Position numbers and translations under genes: made by a program
The notes under the pieces: generated by a model
Told to the model about the DNA's origin: nothing
What the model saw: only the letters and a program-made list of their open reading frames with translations
The model's database searches: none
Assembly (NCBI GenBank): GCA_964434315.1
Contig: CAYSUX010000001.1
Location: forward strand, 1-37,791
Length of the DNA stretch: 37,791 nucleotides
From: an uncultured archaeon
GTDB lineage: Archaea > Thermoplasmatota > Poseidoniia > MGIII > CAYLMJ01
Direction of reading: 5' to 3'
Shown: positions 17,989-27,785 of the stretch, one piece after another
Layout of the letters: every line of letters begins with the position of its first letter
Numbering within the stretch: the first letter of the stretch is position 1

Positions 17989-19020
17989 CTACTTGAGCTC
18001 GTCCAAACGCTTCTTCAACTGGGATTCCATCGTTACAGCTTTCTTAAGTTGTTCAAGGAGGTTCTCGATGGTCTTCTTGTTGGCCGCGATCATGGCGTCG
18101 TAATCCTTCATGATCCCCTTCTTCTTGTCCGGTAATTCACCCTTGACCTTGGCGATCTTCTTCTTGATCTTTTCGATGGCCTTCTTCTTGTCGACCTCGT
18201 TGGATTTCTTGAAAGGCTCCTCGGTATCCAACAGTGCCTGAAGATCCTTTCTGGTCTTGGCCAGATTGTCCTTGTATTTTTTCAGGTTCTTCTCGTTGTA
18301 CCGGTAGGTGGCATAGGGTTCCTTCAATTCAGCTTCCATGAGCTGAACGAATTTTTCCTTCTCATCATTGGCCTTGGCGATCTGCTTGCCCAGTTTCTGA
18401 ATGACCTTGTCCAGCTCGATCTTCTTGTTGGAGAGGGTAAAGGTCTCATTGGCGTTGTGTATCTGGGCCCAAAGCATCTCGTTGGTGTAGGCCGACCGTT
18501 TGTTGACCGACTCGTGGGTGATCTTGTCGATATCCAGTGGAGGCATGTTGTTGAGCGAATCATAGTTCGTTCTGGCCTGCTGATCCAGGAACAGCAAACG
18601 CTCGATGACCTCCTTGTATTTGGAATTCTGGTCGGCTTGATCGTTCTCCAGTCCGGCCAGTTGCTCATTGAATTTTTCGGTCTTTGCGCTCTTTTCAGCC
18701 TCGAGTTTCTCGATTATATCCTTGGATTTCGTGAACTTCTTGTTCCAGTCCTGAACATGGTTTGCTTCCCGGTTGATTTTATTCTCCAACTGCTTCTTCT
18801 GGGCGCCGAAATCCTCGTAGAACTTGTTGATCTCACTGCCAAAACCAGCTTCCAAAGATTCACGTTCTTTTTCAAGCTGTTTGATCTTGTTCTTTGTCTT
18901 TTTATCCAGTTCCTTAAGCTTCTGTGCTTTTTCCGCAAGGTAATCCCGATTCAATTTCTCTAACGTAGAAATTCTGGAATTGTAATCGGCAATAAGGGCG
19001 TCCAATTTTGGGTTTAGCAT
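17989..19020 (-). CDS. Coiled-coil protein (K/E/N-rich), function unknown
   Basis: 343 aa of almost uninterrupted charged helical sequence with no TM. The TATA-like CTTTAAAG lies about 28 nt upstream on the minus strand (19043-19055). GC is lower than in the flanks: the line 18001-18060 has 26 G+C out of 60. Confidence 0.7.
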   Translation of the reverse strand: MLNPKLDALIADYNSRISTLEKLNRDYLAEKAQKLKELDKKTKNKIKQLEKERESLEAGFGSEINKFYEDFGAQKKQLENKINREANHVQDWNKKFTKSKDIIEKLEAEKSAKTEKFNEQLAGLENDQADQNSKYKEVIERLLFLDQQARTNYDSLNNMPPLDIDKITHESVNKRSAYTNEMLWAQIHNANETFTLSNKKIELDKVIQKLGKQIAKANDEKEKFVQLMEAELKEPYATYRYNEKNLKKYKDNLAKTRKDLQALLDTEEPFKKSNEVDKKKAIEKIKKKIAKVKGELPDKKKGIMKDYDAMIAANKKTIENLLEQLKKAVTMESQLKKRLDELK

Positions 19021-19088
19021 ACAAGTGCTGAAGTTGCTGTCCTCTTTAAAGCTTTTCCATCTCTAACGTTTCTCCTGGTCGGGAACGC

Positions 19089-20891
19089 TCAAAAGCCGGT
19101 ACGTTTGAACCGGCGGTCCAGCTCGTCGACGGTGATGGACATCATGGTCGGTCGGCCATGGACGCAGGCATAGGGATTGGTGATGGATGTCATCTCGGCC
19201 ATCAACCATCTCTGGCGGGCCGGCGTCAGCTCCTCTCCCGCACGCAAGGCCGAATGGCAGGCCACGGTGTGAAGGTAGCCTTCCATCCGGTCAGAAATGG
19301 TCCGGGAGCGTCCCACCTCGGCCAACTCGGCCAGGATATCGGTCAGGTCCTGCTCGTCCGAGGCGCCCCCCAGGACCAAAGGCACGGCCCTGACAACGAA
19401 GGAGGTCCCCCCGAAATGCTCGATATCGAAGCCCAGCTCTTCCAACTCCCTGATATGCTCTTGCAATATGGCGGCCTGATCCGGCGAGAGCTCCAGGGTC
19501 CGGGATTCCAGCAAGGCCTGGGATGAGATGTTGGAATAGCGGTGGGAGAGCTTCAACCGTTCGTACATGACCCTTTCATGAGCGGCATGGTAATCGATGA
19601 TGTAGAGCCCCTTCGGGTCCTGTGCGATGATGTACTTGCGGTCCAGAAGGGCCACCGGTGTCATGACCGGCAATGTGCTGTCAGCGGGCAACACCTCACC
19701 GGCGGGTGCCACCTCCAGTTGGGTCTGGGAGTGAGTGTGGTCCATCTCGGTCATTTCCGGACCCGGCCCGATACCCTCCGCGGACCCGATGGACTCATCC
19801 GCGTTTGGACCCAGGATGGTCTCCGGGGCCTTTCGCCTGGATGGCAGTTCGAGGTTTGGTATCAGGGCATTCTCCTCCAGGGCCATCCGGACGGCTTCTT
19901 TCAACGACCGTAGAACCGCCGGTTCGTCGGCCAGTCGCACCCAGAGCTTGGCCGGGTGAACATTGACATCGACCTTGGTCGGCTCGAGCTCCAGGTCGAT
20001 GACCGCTATCGGATAGTGTTTGCCGGGTAGGAGATCGAAGTAGGCTTCCCTGATGACCCTCTGAAGGGTCTTGGCCTGCACCGGACGGCCATTGATGAAG
20101 AGGTGGATGGCGCCGGCGGTCTTGCGCATCAGGGCCGGCTTGCCGATCCAACCGTCGATTTGCAACTGGGGGCTTCGATATGAGACCCGGACCAGCTCGC
20201 GGGCGACCTCGGGTCCCAGCAATGTGCCCAGTCTTTCCCTGACCCTGTCGGTTCCCGGGACGTTGAGCAGCTCCCGTCCGTTGTGCTCGCACCGGAAGCT
20301 AACCCTCGGATTAGCCAGGGCGATGGCGGTCATGGCCGTCAAACAGTGGCGAAGCTCGGTGGCGGTGGTCTTCAGGTATTTCTCGCGGACCGGAACGTTG
20401 TAGAAGAGATCCACCACCTCGATAAGGGTCCCCAGGGGAGCTCCCACATCTTCCACCGACCTGACCTCGCCCCCTTCGATAATCATCTGGGTGGCGGTTG
20501 TGGTTCCCGCGGTCCGGCAAAGGGCGCGCACCCGGGCCACCGAGGAGATGGAAGCCAGGGCCTCGCCCCGAAATCCGAAGCTGGCGACCTTTTCCAGGTC
20601 ATTGAAGCTCCTGATCTTGGAGGTGGCGTGTTTGCGAAAGGCCAGTAACAGGTCTCCTCGTTCCATGCTATGCCCATTGTCCCTTACCGCGATCAGCTCC
20701 TTGCCCCCATCACGTAATCTGACATCGATCCTGGTCGCCCCGGCGTCCAGGCTGTTCTCGATCAGCTCCTTGAGCGCGCTGGCCGGACGCTCGATGACCT
20801 CGCCTGCGGCGATCTGGTTGACGGTGCGTTCATCAAGGAGTTTCACAGGTGGCGATGAGGTCGGCTCGACTGGTTCGGGATTCGGTGCCAT
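19089..20891 (-). CDS. mutL: DNA mismatch repair protein MutL
   Basis: VNQIAAGEVIERPASALKELIENSLDAGAT is the GHKL ATPase motif I of MutL, and the C-terminal dimerisation region is present. I start at the ATG at 20891 (MAPNPEP...), 10 nt after the stop of the upstream M28 gene. Confidence 0.9.
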   Translation of the reverse strand: MAPNPEPVEPTSSPPVKLLDERTVNQIAAGEVIERPASALKELIENSLDAGATRIDVRLRDGGKELIAVRDNGHSMERGDLLLAFRKHATSKIRSFNDLEKVASFGFRGEALASISSVARVRALCRTAGTTTATQMIIEGGEVRSVEDVGAPLGTLIEVVDLFYNVPVREKYLKTTATELRHCLTAMTAIALANPRVSFRCEHNGRELLNVPGTDRVRERLGTLLGPEVARELVRVSYRSPQLQIDGWIGKPALMRKTAGAIHLFINGRPVQAKTLQRVIREAYFDLLPGKHYPIAVIDLELEPTKVDVNVHPAKLWVRLADEPAVLRSLKEAVRMALEENALIPNLELPSRRKAPETILGPNADESIGSAEGIGPGPEMTEMDHTHSQTQLEVAPAGEVLPADSTLPVMTPVALLDRKYIIAQDPKGLYIIDYHAAHERVMYERLKLSHRYSNISSQALLESRTLELSPDQAAILQEHIRELEELGFDIEHFGGTSFVVRAVPLVLGGASDEQDLTDILAELAEVGRSRTISDRMEGYLHTVACHSALRAGEELTPARQRWLMAEMTSITNPYACVHGRPTMMSITVDELDRRFKRTGF

Positions 20892-20901
20892 GCGAGTGGT
20901 T

Positions 20902-22365
20902 CTATCGACGAGCCAGATATAAAGCGTAACTGCCTTCAATACGCCCTGCGATCTGTATTGACTCGGGATTCATGGTCTCATCTTCCAGGCTATCCCACAT
21001 GGTATGGTAGTACTTGGAGCCGGAACCATATGAGGTCAGGGTATCGAAGTCCTCCAGGTTGAAGGTTTTATGGTCCGAGGGACCTGCAGATTCGCGGTAG
21101 GTGATAGGCACTTCGTAGAGCTTGGCCAGATCGGGGTTTTCCTTGAAGAACTGGTTGCGTATGGCTTCAATGGGTTTGACATGCTTTTGGTCATTGATCT
21201 CCAGGGGGATCCGGTTGGCGCCATCCTCCAGATCGGCATGGTCCATGTCGAAATTCAGATAGATCTCGAGGTGGTCCTTGAGTTCATCGCGCTGATCCAG
21301 GAAATAGCCGTAGGAGCCAAGCAACGCGATCTCCTCACCGCCCCAGGTGGCCAATCTGATGGTCTTCTTCAGACCCGAGATATTACCCAACTGTCGGGCC
21401 AGTTCGAGCACGGTGACCGTACCCACGCCATTATCGATGGCGCCGGGACCCAGATAATGGGTATCCATGTGAGCGCCCAGCATGATCACATCATCGCCGG
21501 AGCCCTTGTTGTCCCCGGTCACGACAAGCACCGGTCGCTCCTCGATGGTGACCCGTACATCCACGTCGGCCACGATCCTCTGGTCGTCATCCCCGGAGGC
21601 GCTCTCGATCCACTCCATCATCTGATAGCCTGTGGCATTATCCAGCATCAGATGGGGGATGAGGTCGTTGGCATGCTCGGGATAGGCCTCGGGGAAGGGG
21701 ATCATGTGCTCGGTGCCCTCCTCCATGCCGATGGAGGTCTTGGCGATGGGGAGGGTTCGATGCTTGTCGAAGACCAGTGAGGCGGCGGCGTCATGCTCAA
21801 GGGCCGCCAGATAGAGTTCCGAGTAGGAACGCGCTCCGTCGTTCTCCACCAGGACGACATTGCCCGAGGCCTCGTTCTCGATGGCCGAGTAGTTTGCCTC
21901 GTCCCCATTGCCGGCATAGATGACCTCAAGATTGTTGTCGTTCAGGGTCCCTGAATATCCCAGGATGGTGAAGTTGTAATGGTGCTCCAGGTTCATCCGG
22001 TCATTCTCGCCCCAACCCACAGGTTGCCCGAGCAGGTATTCCCGTTCCTGGTAGATGATGTTCAACACCGGTGAGCCCACGGGCTCGTATAGGGTCCAGG
22101 GATACTCGTGGATCGTTATGTCGGTCAATCCCGAGGCATTGAACTGCTCGGCGATATACTCGGCAGCCTGACGTTCGTTATCGGTGCCGGATGCCCGATT
22201 CGGCAGGTCGCCGGCCAGGTATTCCAGATCGTGAAAGGCCCGGTCACAATCGAAATCGATGATGAGATAGCTCTCTTTTTCGTCCTCTTGCAAGGCGTAG
22301 AAGACCCCCATCCCTAGAACCAGGACGATTATTATCACGACGGCCGACAACTGAGTGAGGTCCAT
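20902..22365 (-). CDS. M28-family aminopeptidase with PA domain and N-terminal membrane anchor
   Basis: VIMLGAHMDTHYLGPGAIDNGVGTVTVLELAR and ATWGGEEIALLGS are M28 zinc-ligand blocks. I start at the ATG at 22365 (MDLTQLSAVVIIIVLVLG...). The longer track ORF runs through a 7-nt tandem repeat, which is unlikely to be coding. Confidence 0.8.
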   Translation of the reverse strand: MDLTQLSAVVIIIVLVLGMGVFYALQEDEKESYLIIDFDCDRAFHDLEYLAGDLPNRASGTDNERQAAEYIAEQFNASGLTDITIHEYPWTLYEPVGSPVLNIIYQEREYLLGQPVGWGENDRMNLEHHYNFTILGYSGTLNDNNLEVIYAGNGDEANYSAIENEASGNVVLVENDGARSYSELYLAALEHDAAASLVFDKHRTLPIAKTSIGMEEGTEHMIPFPEAYPEHANDLIPHLMLDNATGYQMMEWIESASGDDDQRIVADVDVRVTIEERPVLVVTGDNKGSGDDVIMLGAHMDTHYLGPGAIDNGVGTVTVLELARQLGNISGLKKTIRLATWGGEEIALLGSYGYFLDQRDELKDHLEIYLNFDMDHADLEDGANRIPLEINDQKHVKPIEAIRNQFFKENPDLAKLYEVPITYRESAGPSDHKTFNLEDFDTLTSYGSGSKYYHTMWDSLEDETMNPESIQIAGRIEGSYALYLARR

Positions 22366-22420
22366 GGTATGGACTAGGTCCCTGCTCGACTTAAGGTTTT
22401 GGAGGAGGGGGTAGTAGATA

Positions 22421-22476
22421 GGAGTAGGGAGTAGGGAGTAGGGAGCAGGGAGTAGGGAATAGGGAACAGGGAGTAG
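22421..22476 (+). repeat. Tandem heptamer repeat (GGAGTAG)x8, a G3N4 array
   Basis: The units are GGAGTAG x3, GGAGCAG, GGAGTAG, GGAATAG, GGAACAG and GGAGTAG. This gives seven GGG runs separated by 4-nt loops, plus a GGGGG at 22407-22411. It lies in the 132-nt spacer between the aminotransferase stop and the M28 start. Confidence 0.95.
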
Positions 22477-22497
22477 GACAGGTTTCAAACCGGGCGA

Positions 22498-23769
22498 CTA
22501 CCCAATTCGGTCCAGCGCCGCGCCCAGGGCCTCCAGGCGGCCTGCCAGTTCCCGGGGTGGACAGCCGTACCCGATCCGCAGGAACCCGGGCCAACCGAAA
22601 TGCTCGCCTGCGCTGATGAGGATGCCGAACTCGTCCCTCAGCCGGTTGGCCAGACCCAGGGAGCCCAGGGGATGGTCCACGCCGATGAAGGCGATGAGCC
22701 CTGCCGAGGGATACCAGGTCAGCTCGGGACGCCGGTCGCAGAAGGCCTTCACTCTCGGTAGGTTCCCGGCTTTGATGGCCCTGGCCCGCTCCACCAGCCG
22801 GTCCCCGACCTGCAGGGCCTGAAGGGTCAGGAGTTCACAGGGGGCGGAATTGACGGCGCTCACATACTCCTTGAGTTCCTTGAGTCGCAAGATGAGCTCC
22901 GGTTCGCCCATCACCCAGCCGACCCTGAGATTCGATACGCCATAGACCTTGGAGCCCGAGCTCACCGACAGGCAGTGATCGCCCAGTGCGGCCACGGTCG
23001 GCAGACCGGGTTCGAGCTCCCGGAAGATCTCGTCCACCAGCAGCGTTCCACCATGGTCGCCCACCAGTTTCGCGATCCGACCCATCCGTTCGGGACTCGT
23101 CGGTACCCCCGAGGGATTGTGCAGATTGGTCATGACCACCAGGGCGGGTTCGTCATCGGCTTCAAGAAGCCCGGCCAATCCATCGATGTCAGCCTGCCAA
23201 CCTTTCAAGGGAACCCGCCGCCATCTTTCGATCCGGGCCCCGAAACCGGTGGGCAGGTTTACCAGGGGCTGATAGGTCGGGTCCTCGATGATGACCCTGG
23301 AAAATGGCGGCCCGCTGCCGGAGCTGACCATTGGGCCGCTCCTGCCGTGTCTATCACCCACCAGGGCTCCAAAGAGCAGGAAATTGGCCTCCGAGGCCCC
23401 CACCGTCAGCAGTACCCGCTCGGGCTCGCCGGGACGGCCATGGCGGGCCGCCACGACCTCCTTCAGGGCAGGGGTTATCTTGAGGCTCGGGTCACCCAGG
23501 TTCATCCGGCGCGGCCGCCCTTCGGCCCCGAGGTCGAGTAGCTCCTCCAGGGTCAGCCCGGCCACGTTGGATAACGCCAGATCGATCTTGCCTTTTGGAG
23601 GCCAACCTGAAACGAGCTCCCGGGTGCCGGGTTTGGCTGCGGGCGCGGTTGCGGGCGTAGTTGCGGGTGGTGTATTATCTGTCGCTTGTTCGCCATCTTC
23701 ATTGACCGGTCTCTTGGCCGAGGGGATGAACTGGTGGAGCAGGCTGAAATCAGGGAACACGAGAGCCAT
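22498..23769 (-). CDS. Class I/II PLP-dependent aminotransferase
   Basis: 423 aa. SVSSGSKVYGVSNLRVGW contains the SxSK PLP-lysine motif, and NLHNPSG is the conserved N-P-x-G block. The N-terminus carries a Pro/Thr/Ala-rich extension. Confidence 0.8.
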   Translation of the reverse strand: MALVFPDFSLLHQFIPSAKRPVNEDGEQATDNTPPATTPATAPAAKPGTRELVSGWPPKGKIDLALSNVAGLTLEELLDLGAEGRPRRMNLGDPSLKITPALKEVVAARHGRPGEPERVLLTVGASEANFLLFGALVGDRHGRSGPMVSSGSGPPFSRVIIEDPTYQPLVNLPTGFGARIERWRRVPLKGWQADIDGLAGLLEADDEPALVVMTNLHNPSGVPTSPERMGRIAKLVGDHGGTLLVDEIFRELEPGLPTVAALGDHCLSVSSGSKVYGVSNLRVGWVMGEPELILRLKELKEYVSAVNSAPCELLTLQALQVGDRLVERARAIKAGNLPRVKAFCDRRPELTWYPSAGLIAFIGVDHPLGSLGLANRLRDEFGILISAGEHFGWPGFLRIGYGCPPRELAGRLEALGAALDRIG

Positions 23770-23965
23770 GGGGCCGTATTGGCCCGGCTGCTTTTAATCG
23801 ACATGGCTATGCAGAACATGGAACATGGCTCTTTGGTTGATGTTTTTAGCTTGGCGGGAGTGCCGGATACCGAATCGAACAAATGGACCCTCGGAATGGC
23901 TGTTTGGGGCTCAAATGGGATTCCTATCGCAATAATTCTTATTTAACCGACCCATCTAGAGCCCC

Positions 23966-25990
23966 ATGGACTCCAAAGAGAATCCCAACTACACACCCCT
24001 GATGGCCATATCCATCGCCATTCTCCTTCTCGCGGGAGGTATAAGTCTCCTTCTCTGGGATGATGATGAATCGACATCAGGTATCCAATACTCCCCCACA
24101 GTGGAACGACCCGAACCCGATCCGGAAACGTGGCAGGAGGACGAGATTGCCCAGGGGCAAGCCATCGCCTACATGGTCATAGTCGAGGCCCCCAGCTCGG
24201 AAGAAGAGCTGACCCTGATCGCATTGCTTTCCACTATTGTCGTGCCCCGGGACATGGGCTTCCAACCCTTCTTCATTCTGGAGGAGGGCGCCCTCGACGA
24301 CCATGCCCTGTGGACCATCAACCACCACATGGACCGGGATGCCCCCAAGTTCCTGTTCACCAACAGTGATGCGTCAGAGGAGACGGTCACCGGCCAGGTG
24401 GGCGAGGTCTGGCGAGTGGGTTTCACGGTCAAGGCGGTGAACGAGTTCCTGCGTACGATGAAGGGCTACGAGGGCATCATCTCGGTCGGTAGCTTTGAGG
24501 AGGCTCTATGGGTCGCGCCTCTGGCCCGTGTATTGAACCAGACGATGATCCTACACAAGCCGACCTTCGAGTCCCAGGAGGATGTCTGGGAGGCAATGAG
24601 CGAGAATGACCAGCCTGCCAGCTATGTGCTGACGGTCAACCCCAAGGATTGTATGGATATGGGCGGAGTTGACGCCACCAACGGCAACGAGGTTTCCTAT
24701 CACGTTCCCTGGCTCTCGGCCGTGGGCGGTCAGATAGCCGCTTACCACAACGCCTACGTGATCACCAACGTCACCACTCCCGACAATTCCGATCCGATCT
24801 GGGATGAATGGGCCTATGTCCTGCCCGAGGACAACGATGATACCCCGAATTTCGACGATTCACACCTCAACGATTACGCCGTCGGCCTGCTGGCCCAGTT
24901 GCGACAGCTCGACGCCCGGTACGGCCCTATCGAGAACATCGCCCTGCTGGGCTCGGCCGAGGCCGTTCCCCAGTGGGAGATCATCGACCACTCCGACAGC
25001 GAGCCCGATTATGTCTCTTCGGACATCATCTACGGCTTCATCGACAACGACCACACAGCCATGGATGTGCCGGTGGGCCGTTTCATCAACTACAATGTCC
25101 AGGGCATGGCCAACCAGATCACCCGCACCTTCGATTACGAGCGGATCACTCCCGAGGTGACCGTGAGCTACAGCGATGGAGACGAGACCTATCCCTGGCG
25201 CACCACCGGGGCCGACCTCAACGGATTCGAGGTGGCCGACATGCGTTTGCAGAACACACCGGGGTTATGGGCGGTGCGGGATTACGAAGATGAGCAGTTC
25301 ACCGATATCCACTATGTCAGCACCTGGGGTATAGGTGGGTCTCTGGGCGAGGAGATCATGCCCCAGGACCTGCCCACCGATGAGGACATCGAGGCCTATG
25401 TCCAGTCCGCCGGCCATGTCCTCTATCGCGGCCACGGCTCCTGGCACGGCGGTTTCTACACCTGGCGTTACTATGGCCAGGGAGTGGCCGGCCAGGGTCA
25501 TATCGAAGGCACCGACGCCCGCCATCTCTACCTGCCGCCTCAATCCACCCACATATTCTCCTGCGAGAACACAAAGATCCACGGCCTCAGCTACGGCGGC
25601 GACCCCATAGAAATGGACCGGGCCTTCGCCACCAACTGGATGTATGCCGGTGCCGTGGCCCTGGTGGGAGCCACCGAGGTCTCCTACTCCAACATCGGCC
25701 AGGATGGTGGCGGTGTTGTCGGCGAGGTGACCGGAGAGCACCACTGGGACCTCAACAACCTCTGGTTCGCGGGACTGGCCGACAAGACCCTTGACGACGA
25801 GCTGACCCTGGGACAGGCGGTGATGAACACCGAGAACCGCTACATGACCTATCACAACTACGACTACACACCCGTGAAGGGTGGGGATGCTCACTGGAAG
25901 GAGATAGTGATGTTCTCGCTGCTGGGCGATCCGGCCTTCAAGTATTATGTGACCGTGCCCGGTGAAAAGGACTACAATCCCTGGCACTAG
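23966..25990 (+). CDS. Membrane-anchored secreted protein with a clan-CD (gingipain C25-like) cysteine peptidase domain
   Basis: The N-terminal TM is LMAISIAILLLAGGISLLLW. VLYRGHGSWHGGF is followed about 45 aa later by THIFSCENTKIHG, giving the His...Cys dyad spacing seen in C25/caspase-fold peptidases. This assignment is by motif only. Confidence 0.5.
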   Translation: MDSKENPNYTPLMAISIAILLLAGGISLLLWDDDESTSGIQYSPTVERPEPDPETWQEDEIAQGQAIAYMVIVEAPSSEEELTLIALLSTIVVPRDMGFQPFFILEEGALDDHALWTINHHMDRDAPKFLFTNSDASEETVTGQVGEVWRVGFTVKAVNEFLRTMKGYEGIISVGSFEEALWVAPLARVLNQTMILHKPTFESQEDVWEAMSENDQPASYVLTVNPKDCMDMGGVDATNGNEVSYHVPWLSAVGGQIAAYHNAYVITNVTTPDNSDPIWDEWAYVLPEDNDDTPNFDDSHLNDYAVGLLAQLRQLDARYGPIENIALLGSAEAVPQWEIIDHSDSEPDYVSSDIIYGFIDNDHTAMDVPVGRFINYNVQGMANQITRTFDYERITPEVTVSYSDGDETYPWRTTGADLNGFEVADMRLQNTPGLWAVRDYEDEQFTDIHYVSTWGIGGSLGEEIMPQDLPTDEDIEAYVQSAGHVLYRGHGSWHGGFYTWRYYGQGVAGQGHIEGTDARHLYLPPQSTHIFSCENTKIHGLSYGGDPIEMDRAFATNWMYAGAVALVGATEVSYSNIGQDGGGVVGEVTGEHHWDLNNLWFAGLADKTLDDELTLGQAVMNTENRYMTYHNYDYTPVKGGDAHWKEIVMFSLLGDPAFKYYVTVPGEKDYNPWH

Positions 25991-26112
25991 ACCATTGCCT
26001 GCCTTTGGGACGATCTTTGATCTCCCTGGTCCATAAAGTCCATTAGCGAAAAGGCTGTAAGATTACCTAAAGCACCCAAAGACTTGAATGTAAGTACCTG
26101 TTCCACTGGTTC

Positions 26113-26940
26113 ATGGCAGCCATGGAGTACAAGACCCTCAATGGTGGAACCAAGATACCGGCCCTGGGCATCGGTACATGGGGCATGGGCGGGGGCCACA
26201 AGCGTTCGAACGTCAATGACGATGCCGAGATCAGAGCCATCAAGGCCGCCATCGATGCCGGCCTGACCCATATCGATACCGCCGAGACATATGGCGAGGG
26301 CCATGTGGAGGAACTGGTGAGGGAGGCGATCCGTGGACGTCGGCGTGACGAGCTGTTCATCACTTCCAAGAAGTGGGCTGACAACCTCAATTACGATGCC
26401 ATACTGGCTTCCTGCAAGGCCAGCCTGCGGCGAATTGGGACCCGGTACCTGGACCTCTTCCTGATCCACTTCTACAATCCGGTCTATCCGTTGAGCAATG
26501 CCATGGCGGCCATGGATCATCTGGTGGAAAAGGGACATGTTCGTCACATCGGTGTCAGCAACTTCAGCCTGCCCCAGTTGAGGCGGGCCAGCAAGCGAGC
26601 CAAACACCGGATCGTGGCCAACCAGGTCCATTACAATCTGCTCGACCGAAATCAAGGTGAGGAGCTATTGCCCTATTGTCGTGAGAATGACATACTGCTA
26701 ATAGCCTACCAGCCCCTCAAGCGAGGTGTACTGACTGAAACAGGCGCCAACCATCGCCATATGGATGCCCTGACCGAGAAATATGACAGGACCCATGCCC
26801 AGATGGCGCTCCGCTGGCTGCTGGACCAGGAGCGGGTCGTTACCATTCCCAAGATGACCCAACTTCCCCATCTCAAGGAGAACCTGGGGGCTCTGGGCTG
26901 GCGTCTCGAGGAGGATGACTGGCAGGCGTTACGGGTATGA
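26113..26940 (+). CDS. Aldo/keto reductase
   Basis: MEYKTLNGGTKIPALGIGTWGMGG, HIDTAETYG, LDLFLIH and IGVSNF are classic AKR blocks. Confidence 0.9.
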   Translation: MAAMEYKTLNGGTKIPALGIGTWGMGGGHKRSNVNDDAEIRAIKAAIDAGLTHIDTAETYGEGHVEELVREAIRGRRRDELFITSKKWADNLNYDAILASCKASLRRIGTRYLDLFLIHFYNPVYPLSNAMAAMDHLVEKGHVRHIGVSNFSLPQLRRASKRAKHRIVANQVHYNLLDRNQGEELLPYCRENDILLIAYQPLKRGVLTETGANHRHMDALTEKYDRTHAQMALRWLLDQERVVTIPKMTQLPHLKENLGALGWRLEEDDWQALRV

Positions 26941-27041
26941 CGCCCGATGCCATGAGTATGGGTCCTGTTCATCGGTGAACATTATCGGCTCCGACAAAAT
27001 AAAATCAAAATTCGGTCTCGTAGGCCATACCGGCGAAAGGT

Positions 27042-27785
27042 TCATCTCATCACGGCGAAGAACTCGGTCATCTTGATTATCTCGATCATATCCTTGACCT
27101 TCTCGTGAGTATCGCTCACTGTACCGGTTATCCGAGGGATCGAGACCAATGTGCTACCGCCCGCCAGCGACACATTCCTTTCGATATCAATGGTCAGGTC
27201 ACTTTGGGGTATATGGATGGAAGCCACCTTCCGATAGATGTAGGAGTATCCCCCGGGAGGTGGGATGAGCCGGAACTGAACATGGATCCTGTCCAGGCCT
27301 TTCCGAAGGCTCTCGACGATGACCGGGGGATGATTGGGTATGAAGATGGTCTTCTTGTTCCTATGGTCCTTCCCGCACATCGCGGTGAAGATTATCCCGA
27401 CGGTGGAAAGTAGAAGGCCGATGACGAAGATGATGAGCGAAGGCAGGCCGGCTCCTTCATCGCCGATATGAGACCACAACGCCAGCAGGAAGACCAGGAT
27501 GAATCCCACAAAGAGACCCGCAAAGATGAAATTGCCAAGGTCCAATCTGGCCCACTGGTCCCCATTCGGGGTTCCCGGTCCGGACCCGGTCACGGAGTTT
27601 TCTTTGGAAACATCGCCCTCGGCCATGGCTTGCGTAACCGGTGGTCTGTAATAAACCTGGTCAACCAGGGCCTGATTGAAAAGCGGCATCTGTGGTTGCT
27701 GATCATTCCTTGTGTATTTCATCAACCCGTTCTTTGTCCTTTTTGGCATGTCGTTGCCACCACACCGGGAGTCGCCAACGCTCAT
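27042..27785 (-). CDS. Hypothetical two-TM membrane protein
   Basis: 247 aa with hydrophobic segments FIFAGLFVGFILVFLLALW and LIIFVIGLLLSTVGIIFTAM. Its start overlaps the upstream radical SAM gene by 4 nt (ATGA). Confidence 0.55.
   Translation of the reverse strand: MSVGDSRCGGNDMPKRTKNGLMKYTRNDQQPQMPLFNQALVDQVYYRPPVTQAMAEGDVSKENSVTGSGPGTPNGDQWARLDLGNFIFAGLFVGFILVFLLALWSHIGDEGAGLPSLIIFVIGLLLSTVGIIFTAMCGKDHRNKKTIFIPNHPPVIVESLRKGLDRIHVQFRLIPPPGGYSYIYRKVASIHIPQSDLTIDIERNVSLAGGSTLVSIPRITGTVSDTHEKVKDMIEIIKMTEFFAVMR

Noticed and set aside
22366-22488. N-terminal extension of the M28 peptidase (MKPVLLPVPYSLLPAPYSLLPTP...) given by the ORF track
   Set aside because: It is a translation of the 7-nt tandem repeat. 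A 7-nt period is not codon-compatible, and a good ATG followed by a signal-anchor helix exists at 22365.
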